Positions 27,239-39,145 are shown, counted from the first letter of the stretch. The stretch is DNA of 50,941 bases from Octopus sinensis (GCF_006345805.1 NW_021834174.1:1-50941), one strand, 5' to 3'. Translations and numbers: made by a program. The notes: generated by a model from the letters alone, not told the origin.

Positions 27239-27369
27239 GTAAGTACTCACTGGCAACGACAAGATAAACCAGGACATTTTCTCCTTTGTATATAATCATG
27301 TTTATATGTTTATTTAGTTTGAATTCTCCCAATGTATTATTCCGTCATTAGTGTCTTGACTCAAGACAA

Positions 27370-27580
27370 CAATAATGATTTCCAATTCTGGCACAAGGCC
27401 AGCAAGGTCAGGGAGGGGATAAGTCAATTACAACATCTCCAGTTTTCAACTGGTACTTATTTTATCAACAGCAAGGTAAAGTCAACTGCACCTGAATTTG
27501 AACTCAGCATGTAAAGGCAGACGAAATGCCAGAAAGCATTTTGCTCCGTGTGCTAATGATTCTGCCAGCTTGCAGCCTTA
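27370..27580 (-). mobile_element. SINE fragment, family C; related pieces at 19380-19680, 31620-31780 and 32000-32060
   Basis: Shared gagttcaaat(t/c)c...gttgact...gtaccagt motif with B-box-like core. Confidence 0.55.
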
Positions 27581-28230
27581 AGACCACACAACAATAATAA
27601 GAACAATAAACAGAAAATACAGTTGTTAGTGGATCAAACGAAAAACACTATTTTGATGACATTCACATGATTGCTTGTGTTGACTGATATACCTCACCAT
27701 CCACCCCTGACTATTTTAGAGTTCGGTGACCTCCATGAAAATGTAGTACTAAATAATAAAGTGAATGAATACATTTTCAAATTGCTATTTAGAAGTAAAT
27801 AGGATTTATCTGTCTACCAACAATTTTTTCTCTCTCTCTTCTCTGACTCAATCAGTTGTCATGTACGCTTTCATGTAAAAATAACATAAAACACACACTA
27901 ACAATGTGTATGTCATCATCATCATCATCATCATTTAACGTATGTTGTCCATGCTGGCATGGATTGGACTGTTTGACTGGGATGGCATGTTGGAAGGCTG
28001 CACCCTAGTCAGCCTTTGATATTTTCAGCCCACCCTTATATGTGTATGTTAATGTGACACTTGTATGCACACAAATCTGCTTGTATGTAATTGTTTACAG
28101 AAGAATTTACGATGTACTCTTGCTGGTTACTGTTGTGCCCCTTAATATTCTGTACTCTAAACATGTCCACAACGAAATATTTTATTATAAATGAATGTTA
28201 ATGGGATGGTGTTTATATTTTGTTCCACAG

Positions 28231-28373
28231 GTGTCGGTGGTGTCAAGAGAAAAAGGCTACTGTCACACTCCATCCATGTCAACATACCGTTACTTGTCAG
28301 AATTGCTGTTCTCAAATGACATTTAAGCAATGCCCCATATGTCGACAACACATACGCAGCAAAAGTGGATTTG
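28231..28373 (+). CDS. Exon 8, RING-HC finger (CRWC...PCQH...CQNC...CPICR), IAP/Mind-bomb type
   Basis: Acceptor ccacag at 28225-28230, donor GTAAGA at 28374; phase 2 to 1; C3HC4 spacing. Not in the ORF track because it is too short. Confidence 0.92.
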
Positions 28374-29213
28374 GTAAGAACATTCTTTCTTGATCTGTCT
28401 GTTGTCTCATCAACTTTCTGGTATGGAATAATGCATTTCATATTGTAGTGGAGACATGCAACTCCTTGTTTGTAACTATATATGATTAACACTTGTTATA
28501 ATGTTTGCCATCCTTTTAGACATTTTATACTCACACTCGTTAGTTTTTAGATGTGATTAATGCTAAAAGAGACATTGTTTTCTGACTCTTTCACCTTTTG
28601 GCTTTACTTTTGAGTTGATTCGTTTTAATTCAAACATGAAGCCTGGTCCAAGGTAGTATCAGAAAGTTCAGACTAGTTCTGTAGCATGCCAACAGATGGC
28701 AGCACACCGTTGCGCGCACAGTGAGAGCTAGCAGTGACTTTCATGAGGCAGTGTGCTGGGTGACACCACTGCGTTTACTTCAAAAGTTGTGAAATTTGTG
28801 CTTTTGTAGTCATTTGTAGGCTGTAGTCTGCAATTTTCTAATGGTTAGGAACAAATAACCAATGTGAAATTTTGCGTTAAACTTGTCCAGCAAAGACATA
28901 AGAAAGAAACAACAAAACTAAGAGAAAAAGAGTGTTATGAAGTGATAACTAAGTGAGAGAATTTCAGAATTGTTAGATTAGTATATAGGATGTCTTAAGA
29001 GAAAGATGAGACTTAGAAAGGTTTGCCTATTTTGTTGTGGTTCTAAATATTGAATTATTATATAGTAACAGCTTAGAAAGTGTTGACCGAAAGCATAGTG
29101 GTCACCAATTGACTATTGATGATATGAATGCCTTACAATAATGGAATATAGATTATTAAACGAGACAAAGAAATTTTACTATGAAGTATAAAACTTTGAA
29201 ATGCTTATTTCAG

Positions 29214-29264
29214 TGTGTCCAAAGTCTGAAGAAGAAGCAGCCCAGGCAGTTGTAGAGCCTGTTG
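29214..29264 (+). CDS. Linker micro-exon 1 (VCPKSEEEAAQAVVEPV)
   Basis: ttatttcag acceptor and gtgagt donor; 51 nt, phase 1-1, open frame. Confidence 0.75.
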
Positions 29265-29379
29265 GTGAGTATAAAATAACTGTAATTGATTTCTATAAAT
29301 TTTACTTCCACCTAAAATATATTATTTGTGTGAATGTCTGAGAACAGGTTCAATTCCTAATTTCCAATTCTTATTTCAG

Positions 29380-29430
29380 TGTGTCCAAAGTCTGAAGACA
29401 AAGCAGTCCAGGCAGTTGTAGAGTCTGTTG
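29380..29430 (+). CDS. Linker micro-exon 2 (VCPKSEDKAVQAVVESV)
   Basis: Same splice signals; 51 nt; 166 bp after copy 1. Confidence 0.7.
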
Positions 29431-29545
29431 GTGAGTATAAAATAACTGTAATTGATTTCTATAAATTTTACTTCCACCTGAAATATATTATTTGTGTGAA
29501 TGTCTGAGAACAGGTTCAATTCCTAATTGCCAATTCTTATTTCAG

Positions 29546-29596
29546 TGTGTCCAAAGTCTGAAGACAAAGCAGTCCAGGCAGTTGTAGAGTCTGTTG
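29546..29596 (+). CDS. Linker micro-exon 3 (identical to copy 2)
   Basis: Same splice signals; 51 nt. Confidence 0.7.
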
Positions 29597-29711
29597 GTGA
29601 GTATAAAATAACTGTAATTGATTTCTATAAATTTTACCTTCACCTGAGATATATTATTTGTGTGAATGTCTGAGAACAGGTTCCATTCTTAATTTCCAAT
29701 TCTTATTTCAG

Positions 29712-29762
29712 TGTGTCCAAAGTCTGAAGAGAAAGCAGTCCAGGCGGTTGTAGAGTCTGTTG
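29712..29762 (+). CDS. Linker micro-exon 4 (VCPKSEEKAVQAVVESV)
   Basis: Same splice signals; 51 nt. Confidence 0.7.
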
Positions 29763-29877
29763 GTGAGTATAAAATAACTGTAATTGATTTCTATAAATTT
29801 TACCTTCACCTGAAATATATTATTTGTGTGAATGTCTGAGAACAGGTTCCATTCTTAATTTCCAATTCTTATTTCAG

Positions 29878-29926
29878 TGTGTCCAAAGTCTGAAGAAAGC
29901 AGCAAGGCGGTTGTAGAGTCTGTTTT
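29878..29926 (+). pseudogene. Linker micro-exon 5, 49 nt and frame-breaking as written (degenerate copy or sequence error)
   Basis: Splice signals are intact but the length is not a multiple of 3; several small indels relative to copy 4. Confidence 0.5.
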
Positions 29927-30039
29927 GTGAGTATAAAATAACTGTACTTGATTTCTATAATTTTACCTTCACCTGAATATATTATTTGTGTGAATGTCTG
30001 AGAACAGGTTCCATTCTTAATTTCCAATCCTTATTTCAG

Positions 30040-30090
30040 TGTGTCCGAGGTGTAGAGAGAAAGCAGTCAAGATGGTTGTAGAGTCTGTTG
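30040..30090 (+). CDS. Linker micro-exon 6 (VCPRCREKAVKMVVESV), diverged copy
   Basis: Same splice signals; 51 nt, phase 1-1. Confidence 0.7.
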
Positions 30091-30470
30091 GTGAGTATAA
30101 AATAACTGTAATTGATTTCTATAAATTTTAATTTCATCTGAAATATATTGTTTGTGTGAATGTCTGAGAACAGGTTGTAGGAAAGAAAAGACACAATGAA
30201 GAGAAAAACAGTTTTATCAAGTGATAATTGAATGAGATATTCGCAGAAATGTTAGATTATGTAGGCTGTCTTAATAGAGAGAGAAAAGGGGAGGAATTTA
30301 GGAAGGTTAGTCTATTTTGTGGTGTCCCTGAATATTGAGCTTTAACATGGTATCACCAGTTGACCATTGATAATAGGAATGCCTGACACTAATAAAATAT
30401 AGACTATTAAGAGAAATAATTTTTTAAAAATTTAACTATATATTGTAAAACTTTTAAATATTTATTTCAG

Positions 30471-30542
30471 AGAGTTTAAATTTGGAGGAAAACCGCGCCC
30501 ATAGCACATCGAAGAAGGTGGCAGTTAAGCAACAGCAAGTTG
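30471..30542 (+). CDS. 72-nt phase 1-1 exon (ESLNLEENRAHSTSKKVAVKQQQV), diverged paralogue of death-domain exon 1
   Basis: tttatttcag acceptor and gtgagt donor; same length, flanks and CAG CAA GTT G end as 34318-34389. Confidence 0.65.
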
Positions 30543-32329
30543 GTGAGTATAAAATAAGTCCGTAAGTGACTTCAAGTTAGTTTTACTTCACTTGAGCATA
30601 TTTTGTTTGTCAGAAGGACTGAGAACAGGTTCCATTCTTAATTTTCAATTGAAAAATTATCTGTTTAATAATTCTTTTGAAGAAATTACTGAAATTTAAG
30701 AGAATACCCACCAAGGTTAGAACAGACAAAAGTTAATGATGTCTTTTGGAATAGAGAACTAAAATATGTTATTTGGTTGGGGGTGAACAAGTGCTTTAAC
30801 GACAAGGCCTTCGTTTTGCATTTATACTGTTTACTAATAAGTTGTTGTTGTTTTAGCAGGAGTCTCTCATAATCTGGCAGACTTACAATGAAATGCATTC
30901 CAATTGTCAACATCCTGTCTTTTTGTCACTGATAGGAAATCTATCATTACATCCATTAAATGCATTGTCTTTATCGAAGTAGAAAACACTGGCTTGCTAC
31001 TGAGATAGCCATTGCTTCTTTGTTGTTTTTCTCTCTCTCTCTCGCATTCTCTTTTTGATAGATACTAGCTGCAAGATACAATAAATGACATTGTCCTCAT
31101 CATTTATCATCTGATTTCCATGTTCCTGTGGAATTGATGGTGGAGGGGTCACTGTCCAAGTCAGTTCTTGTTAGCAGTTACTGTCCACCTTCGTTGGTTG
31201 AGGATCATGTCCCACTAAAATATTCCAGCTTTCCTATGATGGTCTGCCCTTCCTAACACCATCCACTTTATAAAGGATCCTGGGTGCATTTTATTGTGGC
31301 ACAAATACAAGAAAGATTGTTATGTATTCAACAAAATTAAACGTTCCTCTCAAACTTATGCAAAGAAATATCAGACATGTTGAAAGAAGAAAGGAAAGTA
31401 AATGAATTAGAGAGCAGCTCGTTAAGAAACCTTATGAGGTTACTCGGAAGCTGTTTGCAGATGTTAAGAGCGGCAGGATAAAATGTAATAAATGAAATCC
31501 AGCTTAGGTATGGTTAGTGGTCAGTAGGGATAGCTAGAAAAGCATTCTTAGCTATCCCTACTGACCTCAATATATATATATTTAACTTTTTTGTTTTATT
31601 ATTTACTAATTTGAAATTTCACCAGTTACAATCTGCTTTATTTTTGCAGCTATTAATCTTGTCCATTTCTGCCAAGGTGATGAGCAAGTACCAGTTGTGT
31701 ACTGGGATTGATGTAATCAATTAGTCCCCTCCTCTGTAATTGCTGGCCTTGTACCAAAATTTGAAACCAATATTATCCATTCCCGTTCAACTGTTTTCAA
31801 TTTGCACACTGCTACATGAAACCACAACATGCCATTACGGGTTTATTTCTGCTAGTTATAGGCCTGAATGTCCATGTTAGCTAACTGCAGGCTACTCTCA
31901 TTGTCAGATGATTAACCTTGGTCATTACATTGTATCATTTAAAAAGAAACAATGTTTTAGTAGTTGAATTAAGCTTTTATTATTATTATTATTAACATTC
32001 ATTCTCTGAGTTCAGTACCTTCTTGGGTTGACTTTTCATTTCATTCCTCACAGGTCAGTAAAACAATTACAAGTTACATAACATGTCAAACTAATTGACT
32101 TCATACTCTCTCCTACAGATCTATCCACTTGTATTAATCGAAGAATTCATAATTAACATTCATTTTTGATCATATTTCAAAACCCTCGTTACCACACTAT
32201 ATTGCTGTCCAACTGAATCATCTCTTCCAATCATATCAAGTAAAACCTTCCGCTTTTCTGTCTATTTTGGTGAGACTTCAGTTGGCTTTTTAGTGAGACT
32301 GATTGTTTGGTGTTTTAGAACATGACCTT

Positions 32330-32572
32330 TAAGCCAAGTATTGAGAAGACGACCCATCAAGCCAAGTAAAATTGCAGTCATGGCAGATACTGGTGCCGTG
32401 CTGGTGGCATGTAAAAGCACCCATTGCACTCAGGGAATGGTTGGCATTAAGAAGGGCATCCAGCCATAGAAACCATGCCAAATCAGACTGGAGTCTGGTG
32501 CAGCCTTCCAACTTGCCAGCCTCAGTCAAACTGTCCAATCCATGGACAATGGACGTGAAGTGATGATGATGA
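32330..32572 (+). mobile_element. RTE 3'-UTR/tail fragment
   Basis: gaagggcatccagccatagaaac...gatgatgat; more decayed copies at about 8399-8625 (-), 25010-25170 (+), 27914-28010 (-) and 41399-41545 (-). Confidence 0.75.
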
Positions 32573-32579
32573 ACTGGAG

Positions 32580-33780
32580 GGGCACATACAGGAGATCTAC
32601 ACTGATCCTAAGTAAGATAATCCATTCCCACTCATGGACAGTTTGAAATGCCCCCAAAAAACCATGACTCAAATCTCAACTTGGTGGTTTCTAGCAGAAA
32701 CAATTATATAGCTGAGTGAAGAAGGCAAAAGCAAAGAGTGCCCAGGAGGTGATGGCGTATCATAGAAAGTGTACAGGTATTGTGCACAATTATGTTATAA
32801 GCTGTACTTAATAGTTTGTGGCATAAAGGTGAAATGGTTGATGACTAGTACAAGGCAGAAAAAAATTACTTACCAAAGAAAGCTGAAACAGAACTGATTG
32901 AGCAGTTCAGAACCTTTTCAATCTTGAATGTAGATGGCAAGATTTATATGGGTCCAGTTGCCAAGAGATCAGCTACACATCTCCAAAATAATGACTATGA
33001 GACCAAGAGTGTCCAGAATGCTGGAATGTCCAGAACCACTGGATGGGTAGAACATGATTTTTCAATCTGCAATGCAATACAAGACATAAAGAAGAATAAA
33101 AGGGATTTGAACGTTGTATGACCTGATCTGGTTGATGCTTATGGTTCTGTACCATACAAATTAGTGATGGAACCAATGAACTTCTTTTATATATGAGAGA
33201 AGATTAGAGATCTGGCTAGAAGCTGCTGTAATAATTTCAAAATTTGGTTCCCGACAGAAAATTTCACAACAGACATCGTTTTGAAACTGGAATTGCTGTA
33301 GGTTGCACAATATCAGTCATTTGGTTTGTGCTTGTTATGGAGATGTTACTTAGATCAGCAGATTGATCAGAAGAAATGGCTCGAGTGAAATCTCCCAAGA
33401 AGGAATTTTAAAGGATGATATAACAATACTAACAAGAGACCAAAAGGGTATGCAAATAGTTCTGGATGGACTGGATTAACTATTTCTTTGGTCAAGAATG
33501 GGGTTTAAACCAAATAATTAATGCAGTCATTTGTCAAAAGGTTAGCTGAAGCAAGTGAAGTTCAAAACAGCATACACAACCATGCCAAGGGTTAAAGAGA
33601 AACCTCTAAAATCTTTTGGACGATGGTATGCTATCTCATTGTCCAGTAAGAGTAGAAGCATAGAGGTCATGGCACAAACAGAAGATGGGTTAAAGGCAAT
33701 AGCTAAGCCAACATTTCCTAGCAAATAAAAGATTTGATGCTTCCAGTTTGATCTGTATCCCTTCCTTGCTTATAAAATTC
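32580..33780 (+). mobile_element. Decayed R2-group (Hero/NeSL-like) retrotransposon RT remnant
   Basis: Across broken frames: SVQNAG...GWVEH, DLVDAYGSVP, GCTISVI.F.LVME, DDITILT, LISWSRMGFKP, KSFGRWY. Confidence 0.55.
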
Positions 33781-34317
33781 TTGAGTATCAGTTTTTATGC
33801 AACATTTCAGATTTTTTTATTGCTATTATTTATGGATGAACAATTATATATAGTTAATAAGATTTTGTGAAAGCATAAAGTGTTTTTGGATACCTGATAT
33901 GTTTTTGCTCCCCTCTGTAGAATTGATCATTGCCCACCTGGAGAGAAATCTGCTTCATTAAGAAGTCTTCTAACATCTCAAATACATGTGGCACATATAT
34001 AAGGAAAAAAAATGAAAACTAAAAGAAAAACAGTGTTATCAAGTGATAATTAAATGAGATAATTGTAACATTGTTAGATTATTTAAGATGTCTTAATAGA
34101 GAAAGGAAATTGAGGAAGGTCAGTCTATTTTGTTGTAGACCTAAGTATTGAGCTATTTACCTGGTCCCACTGGAGAAAGCATAAAAATGTTGACCAAAAA
34201 CATAGTGGTCACCCGATGACCAGCGATGATGACAGGTATGTCCCACTATAATAAAATATAGATTATTAATAAAGAATTTTTACTCTCAAGTATAACAGTT
34301 GCAAATATTTATTTCAG

Positions 34318-34389
34318 AAACTCCAAAGTTAGAGGAGAGGTGTCTCCAAGATGTTGCAAAACTATTAGGAGCCAACTGGCAGCAAGTTG
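34318..34389 (+). CDS. Death-domain exon 1 (ETPKLEERCLQDVAKLLGANWQQV)
   Basis: atttcag acceptor and gtgagt donor; 72 nt, phase 1-1; L..VA..LG..W motif of death-domain helices 1-2. Confidence 0.85.
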
Positions 34390-35706
34390 GTGAGTATAAA
34401 ATAACAGTACTTAATTGATTTCAATAAGTGTCAGCTTTTGTTTGTCAGCATGACTAAGAGAAGATCCCATTCCTACTTTCCAATTGAAAGGCTAGCTGTA
34501 AAGTGATTCTATTAAAGGTGTTGGTATTACTGAAACATCATAAAATAGCCACCGAGATTAGCGGGGTCAGTAAAATGGCTAAATTAGAGGACACAATCGA
34601 TTTAATATTGTCTTTTGAGAGAGCAGATTAAAATATGTCATTTAAGGGTAAACTGGTGAATTAATGATAATTTTTTTTGTTTGTTTTACATTTTTACTAA
34701 GTTTACGTTTTATTGTTTTTTCTTTGCAAATTGCCTGTTTTAATCAGAAATACGATGGAAAGTATTTCAGGTGGGACATCTCTGTCTTTCAGTTGGTAGT
34801 ACAGGACTACATCATTAAGTGCATCCTTTTTTACATGCTCCTGTGTATAGTGAGTGGCACGTTGCAGTCACTCCACTGTCCAGTGTCCATCTAGTTGTGA
34901 ACCACTCTTCACTGACATGTAATGGTTGATTGTACGTAGGTGGATGGTGTTTATGTTGGTGATTCATGTCTTCTTTCCTGCAAGTTAAAACTCTCCTCTT
35001 TGCTTGGTTTAACTTAACACCTCTCTATTACACTGAGTAACAACGATTTTTGTCCATGGATAACAATTGTTATTTCCAATTTGCTTAATCCTAGAAAATA
35101 CGAGAATGGCTAGTATCTCCTTCAAACTTTGCTTTCGTCACAATATATACCTTGTAGACCTCACACATTTCAGCTGATGTTGTTTCACAGTGATTTTACG
35201 CTGTTGTCTTGATAAATTCACCACAGACACAGCAGAATGTATCTGCCAGATGCTTACAACCTCTTGATGCCATCTGTGATGAATGCAGTTCTTGGATAGT
35301 TAGAAATAAACTGAACTGGTGATCTTGTCATCCCTTTTTTTACACTGGTATATGTTGCCAGAACGTTCTAGAAATTCTTGGAAGTTTTAGTAACTTCTTG
35401 ATGATAGTTCTAGAAAATTCTAGAAAATTCTGCTTCAGTGACTCAGCACTGAATCTGTTTGGAAATAGGTTTCAAAACATTGATGTCCAGGTGACAAAAG
35501 CAACGTTTGAAGGAAACAGATGTCCTTTCCTTTGATTTCTTGATGGAAGTAAATAGGAAATAACACTTAACTTATCAAAGACAAGAAAAAATTAAAAGTT
35601 TGTTCTTCAGTGTTATTGATTTCTCTCTAAATCATGTCCTTGAACCATTCAAAGAGATTATGAGTCATGGACCCATGTTGTCTACCAAAATGTGTTATAT
35701 TTTTGT

Positions 35707-36923
35707 ATTGGGTCATCCCATAAGTAATGCAGTGTTTTCAATTGTATGAACTAAAAGTCAGAGGGGGATGGGATAAACTATCTGCATCAACTTGCTATAA
35801 AAGCAGTACCTGTACTTATTCTTAGTGTGAGTTTTGAAGAGTGCAGTTAATTTTAACAGTTATTTTTTCAAAGCTATAATGGAAGTGACAAAGGCATATT
35901 CGAAATATTTTGCTTTGAGTTCAGTAAAGCAACAATGCAACAGAAGTGCGAGGAATATTAATGCAGTATATGGGGATTGGACAATAAGCGTAAGCCAGTG
36001 TCAATGGTGGTCTCAGAAGTTCCGAGCTGGAAACTACAGCCAAGAAGATCAACTTTGTTCTGGAAGATATGTAGAGCTTGGACGAGGACATCCTACAACC
36101 CTGGTGGAACAAAATCCCATTGTAACTAGCAGAGAAGCTTGGATTCGGTCCATTCAGCAGCCATTCATCGATACTTGCATGGTATTGGAAAAATCAGCAA
36201 TTGGGTCAATGGATTGCACACAGAGTAAATGTGTGCTCTTCTCTGCTGCCATGTCTCATGAATGAACCTCTTTTGAACTGAATAGTGACTGGTGATGAGA
36301 AAAGGGTTCTCTATAAATACGTTATGCACCAAAGACAGTGGGTAGGGAAAGGAGAAATACTGGCACTCCAGAATAAAAAAAGTCTCTACCCACGTAAGGT
36401 GCTGTTATCTGTTTGGTGGGATATGAAAGGTTTGGTCCACTTTGAACTTTTAAACCCTAACCAAACAATAACTAAGGAGATCTACTGCAAGCAGCTTGAG
36501 CGGCTTAAGTCAGTGCTAGAAGAAAAACGACCATCTTCAGTTTCAAGACGAAAGGTGTTCTTCCATCAGGATAATGTTCAATCACATAGAGTGAGGATGA
36601 CATTCCAAAGGCTGGAGCAGTTTGAATGAGAAACAATTCCCCACCCACCATATTCACCAGTCATTGCCCCATCTTCAAACTTATTTGGATGTAAAAAATA
36701 TGTTACCTGTAGATGAGGTCAGAACGGTAGTAGAGAAGTAATTTTTGTCATGGACAAGTCAATTTTGGAAGAGGGGCCTTGCAAGTGCACCAGATAGATG
36801 GAAGAGCATTGTAGAAAATGATAGAGAGTATATTTTAGGTTAAAAAAGAACTTTGTTTATCTTAATTTTGAAGAATAAAAGATGTATAAAACAAATGCAT
36901 TATTATTTATAGGATGACCCAAT
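35707..36923 (+). mobile_element. Decayed mariner (Tc1/mariner, DD34D-like) transposon
   Basis: TIRs attgggtcatcccataagtaatgc / gcattattatttataggatgacccaat; ORF pieces with HTH, TGDEKRVLY, HQDNVQSH and PPYSPVIAPS. Confidence 0.88.
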
Positions 36924-37852
36924 GCTTTGTGTAGTTGAGATCATTCTGGTATCTTGTCTCTTTGTATTTGAATTGGCCCAGATATGCCTAATAGTACTGG
37001 TATTGTCTGATAGTTCAAACCATATCTTCTAGATATTTCTAACTCTTGATATGCTTTAGTTATCAATTATTCAGAAGAGGAGAAGCATCTCAGACAACTA
37101 TTTCAGGCATTGACCATGGAATGTTATCAGACGGCCAAAATGGGATTCCTTTGAAGGGTCCCTGGAGTAATGATACTAAATAGGATGTATAGTCCAGAGA
37201 TCTGGGAATCTCTCCAGGTTGAGCCAGTTCCTTTCCACATCTCTGGTACTATGGACATGTGTTGCAGGAACAAATGACAAGACAGATTCTTCAAGCCAAA
37301 CCAATGGAGCAGGGGTCCTAGGGGTAGATCACGAACTAAATGGTTGGGTGATAGCCATTGTCTTAGCTGTTTATGTTTGGGAACCCAACCAAAAGCTCTA
37401 ATGACGGCTGCTTCTGATAGGACCCTATGGGGGAGATGCCTGAAGACTCTGTCTTTACAATCCTCCCAAGAATATTGATCAGAGACAATGGTTGGGTGGA
37501 TCAAATGGATTGACTGTTGATGGTCTATTTTTATTCTTTAGGTCTTCCATACACTTTTGCCTCCACAAACACTTCTCCTACCATCTGTTTACCATAAATT
37601 TTCACAAGTGTATTTTCAATTATTTTCTTTCTTTAAAATCTCACCATTTTCATCTGTATTTCCACCTCTCTCGTTATTATTTAATTACATTCTAAAAACA
37701 GAGAACAACATCTTTTATTTATTTTTTTAATGTTCTTAACTATTTCTCATTGACATAATTTATTTGTTACATTTATGACAAACTACAGTACACATCTTTT
37801 ATGTAATCGTTAATGATTTTGAAATTATTTCTCATTGTTTTATGTTTTGCAG

Positions 37853-38058
37853 GCAGGAATTTAGGAATCAGAAATGTCCAACTGGGGATTATCAGGCATG
37901 ACAATCCTTTAAACACTAAAGAGCAGAGCTTCCAGATGCTGCACACATGGTACACAAGTTGTGATCCAGAGAGACGAACACTCAAAACACTCAGAAAAGC
38001 TCTTGAGGAAGCTGAATGCTTTGAGGCACTTGAATGTCTACCATCAGAAGAAAATTGA
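37853..38058 (+). CDS. Terminal exon, death domain (GRNLGIRNVQLGIIRHDNPLNTKEQSFQMLHTW...TLKTLRKALEEAEC...*)
   Basis: ttttgcag acceptor; G+GC completes Gly; LG.....I....P....EQ...ML..W......L..AL death-domain pattern; TGA at 38056-38058. Confidence 0.9.
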
Positions 38059-38304
38059 ACTTGTGTGTAAATGCTGCAGTTGTTTAGTCCAAGGTCAACC
38101 TTGACTAAACAGAGACTCATGATCAAATGCCTTCCAGCCAGGACCCTCCTGACTTTATCCTTAGTATAGGGAACCCAACATCACATTGTCCAATGTGATA
38201 ATTGAATTGAGCAGGATTTGGCTACTAATTCTAGCAAATCTATCAACAACATAAGAGACTCCCTTCCTGAATTGGTTATTTTCTTCTTAGAAATTAACTT
38301 TTGA

Positions 38305-38310
38305 AATAAA
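38305..38310 (+). promoter_or_regulatory. Candidate polyadenylation signal AATAAA
   Basis: AATAAA lies about 250 nt after the stop, with T/GT-rich sequence downstream; weak evidence in AT-rich DNA. Confidence 0.25.
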
Positions 38311-38477
38311 GATAAACTTTGAAATGTTTATTTGTTGTTGTTGCTGTGTATCTAACCTCCTCCCCATTATTGTGTAAACAGTTTTAATATCCTCTCATAT
38401 ATTCATAGTTATCTACCTTCATTTAAAGCTGAAAGTGAAATGTCAGGTATATAAATATTGATGTCTTTTGTTTGTGT

Positions 38478-38835
38478 GGTAAGTAGCTTGCTTACCAACC
38501 ACACGGTTCCGGGTTCAGTCCCACGGCGTGGCACCTTGGGAAAGTGTCTTCTACTATAGTCTCAGGCTGACCAAAGCCTTGTGAGTGGATTTGGTAGATG
38601 GAAACTGAAAGAAGCCTGTCGTGTATATATATATATTTGTGTGTCTGTGTTTGTCTCCCCAACATCGCTTGACAACCAATGCTGGTATGTTTACGTCCCC
38701 GTTACTTAGCGGTTCAGCAAAAGAGACTGATAGAATAAGTACTAGGCTTATAAAGAAGTCCTGGGGTCGATTTGCTCGACTAAAAGGTGGTGCTCCAGCA
38801 TGGCCGCAGTCAAAAGACTGAAACAAGTAAAAGAG
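38478..38835 (+). mobile_element. tRNA-headed SINE, family A; other copies at 8815-9075 (-), 24040-24390 (-) and 40985-41310 (+)
   Basis: B-box-like gggttcagtccc; shared body gtggatttggtagacggaaactgaaag...gactgaaacaagtaaaagag in four copies. Confidence 0.8.
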
Positions 38836-38846
38836 TATATCATATG

Positions 38847-39145
38847 TGGAGGCGCAATGGCCGAGTGGTTAGGGCAGCGGACTCGCGGTCGTAGGATCAC
38901 GGTTTCGATTCCCAGACCGGGCGTTGTGAGTGTTTAATGATCAAAAACACCCAAAGTTCCACGAGGCTCCAGCAGGGGGTGGTAGTGATCCTGCTGTACT
39001 CTTTTGCCACATCTTTCTTCTGTTGGCCTGCTCGCTTAGCCAGCAGGCTGTTGTCATTTGAAGGCTAAAACAATGTGAAGTGCATTGTGACCAGTGATGT
39101 GTAGCAACATCAGATAGCCTGGTCGGTCACAGTGATCATGGTGAT
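38847..39145 (+). mobile_element. tRNA-headed SINE, family B
   Basis: A-box tggccgagtgg and B-box ggtttcgattccc; 3' end matches 300-355; a related head lies at 7553-7620. Confidence 0.75.

Larger units (their letters stand above)
29200..30178 (+). repeat. 166-bp tandem exon+intron repeat, 6 copies
   Basis: Acceptor-to-acceptor period is 166 bp (162 bp for the last step); introns are near-identical. Confidence 0.95.

Noticed and set aside
28081-28100. Extra acceptor (ttgtttacag) upstream of the RING exon
   Set aside because: Use after the phase-2 exon 7 runs into a stop before the RING; the 28230 acceptor fits.
30040-30090. Micro-exon 6 (CPRCREK) resembles the start of the RING exon (CRWCQEK; 17/21 nt)
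   Set aside because: Flanks, phase and the other five copies tie the micro-exons to the death-domain exon; the CxxC is most likely convergent.
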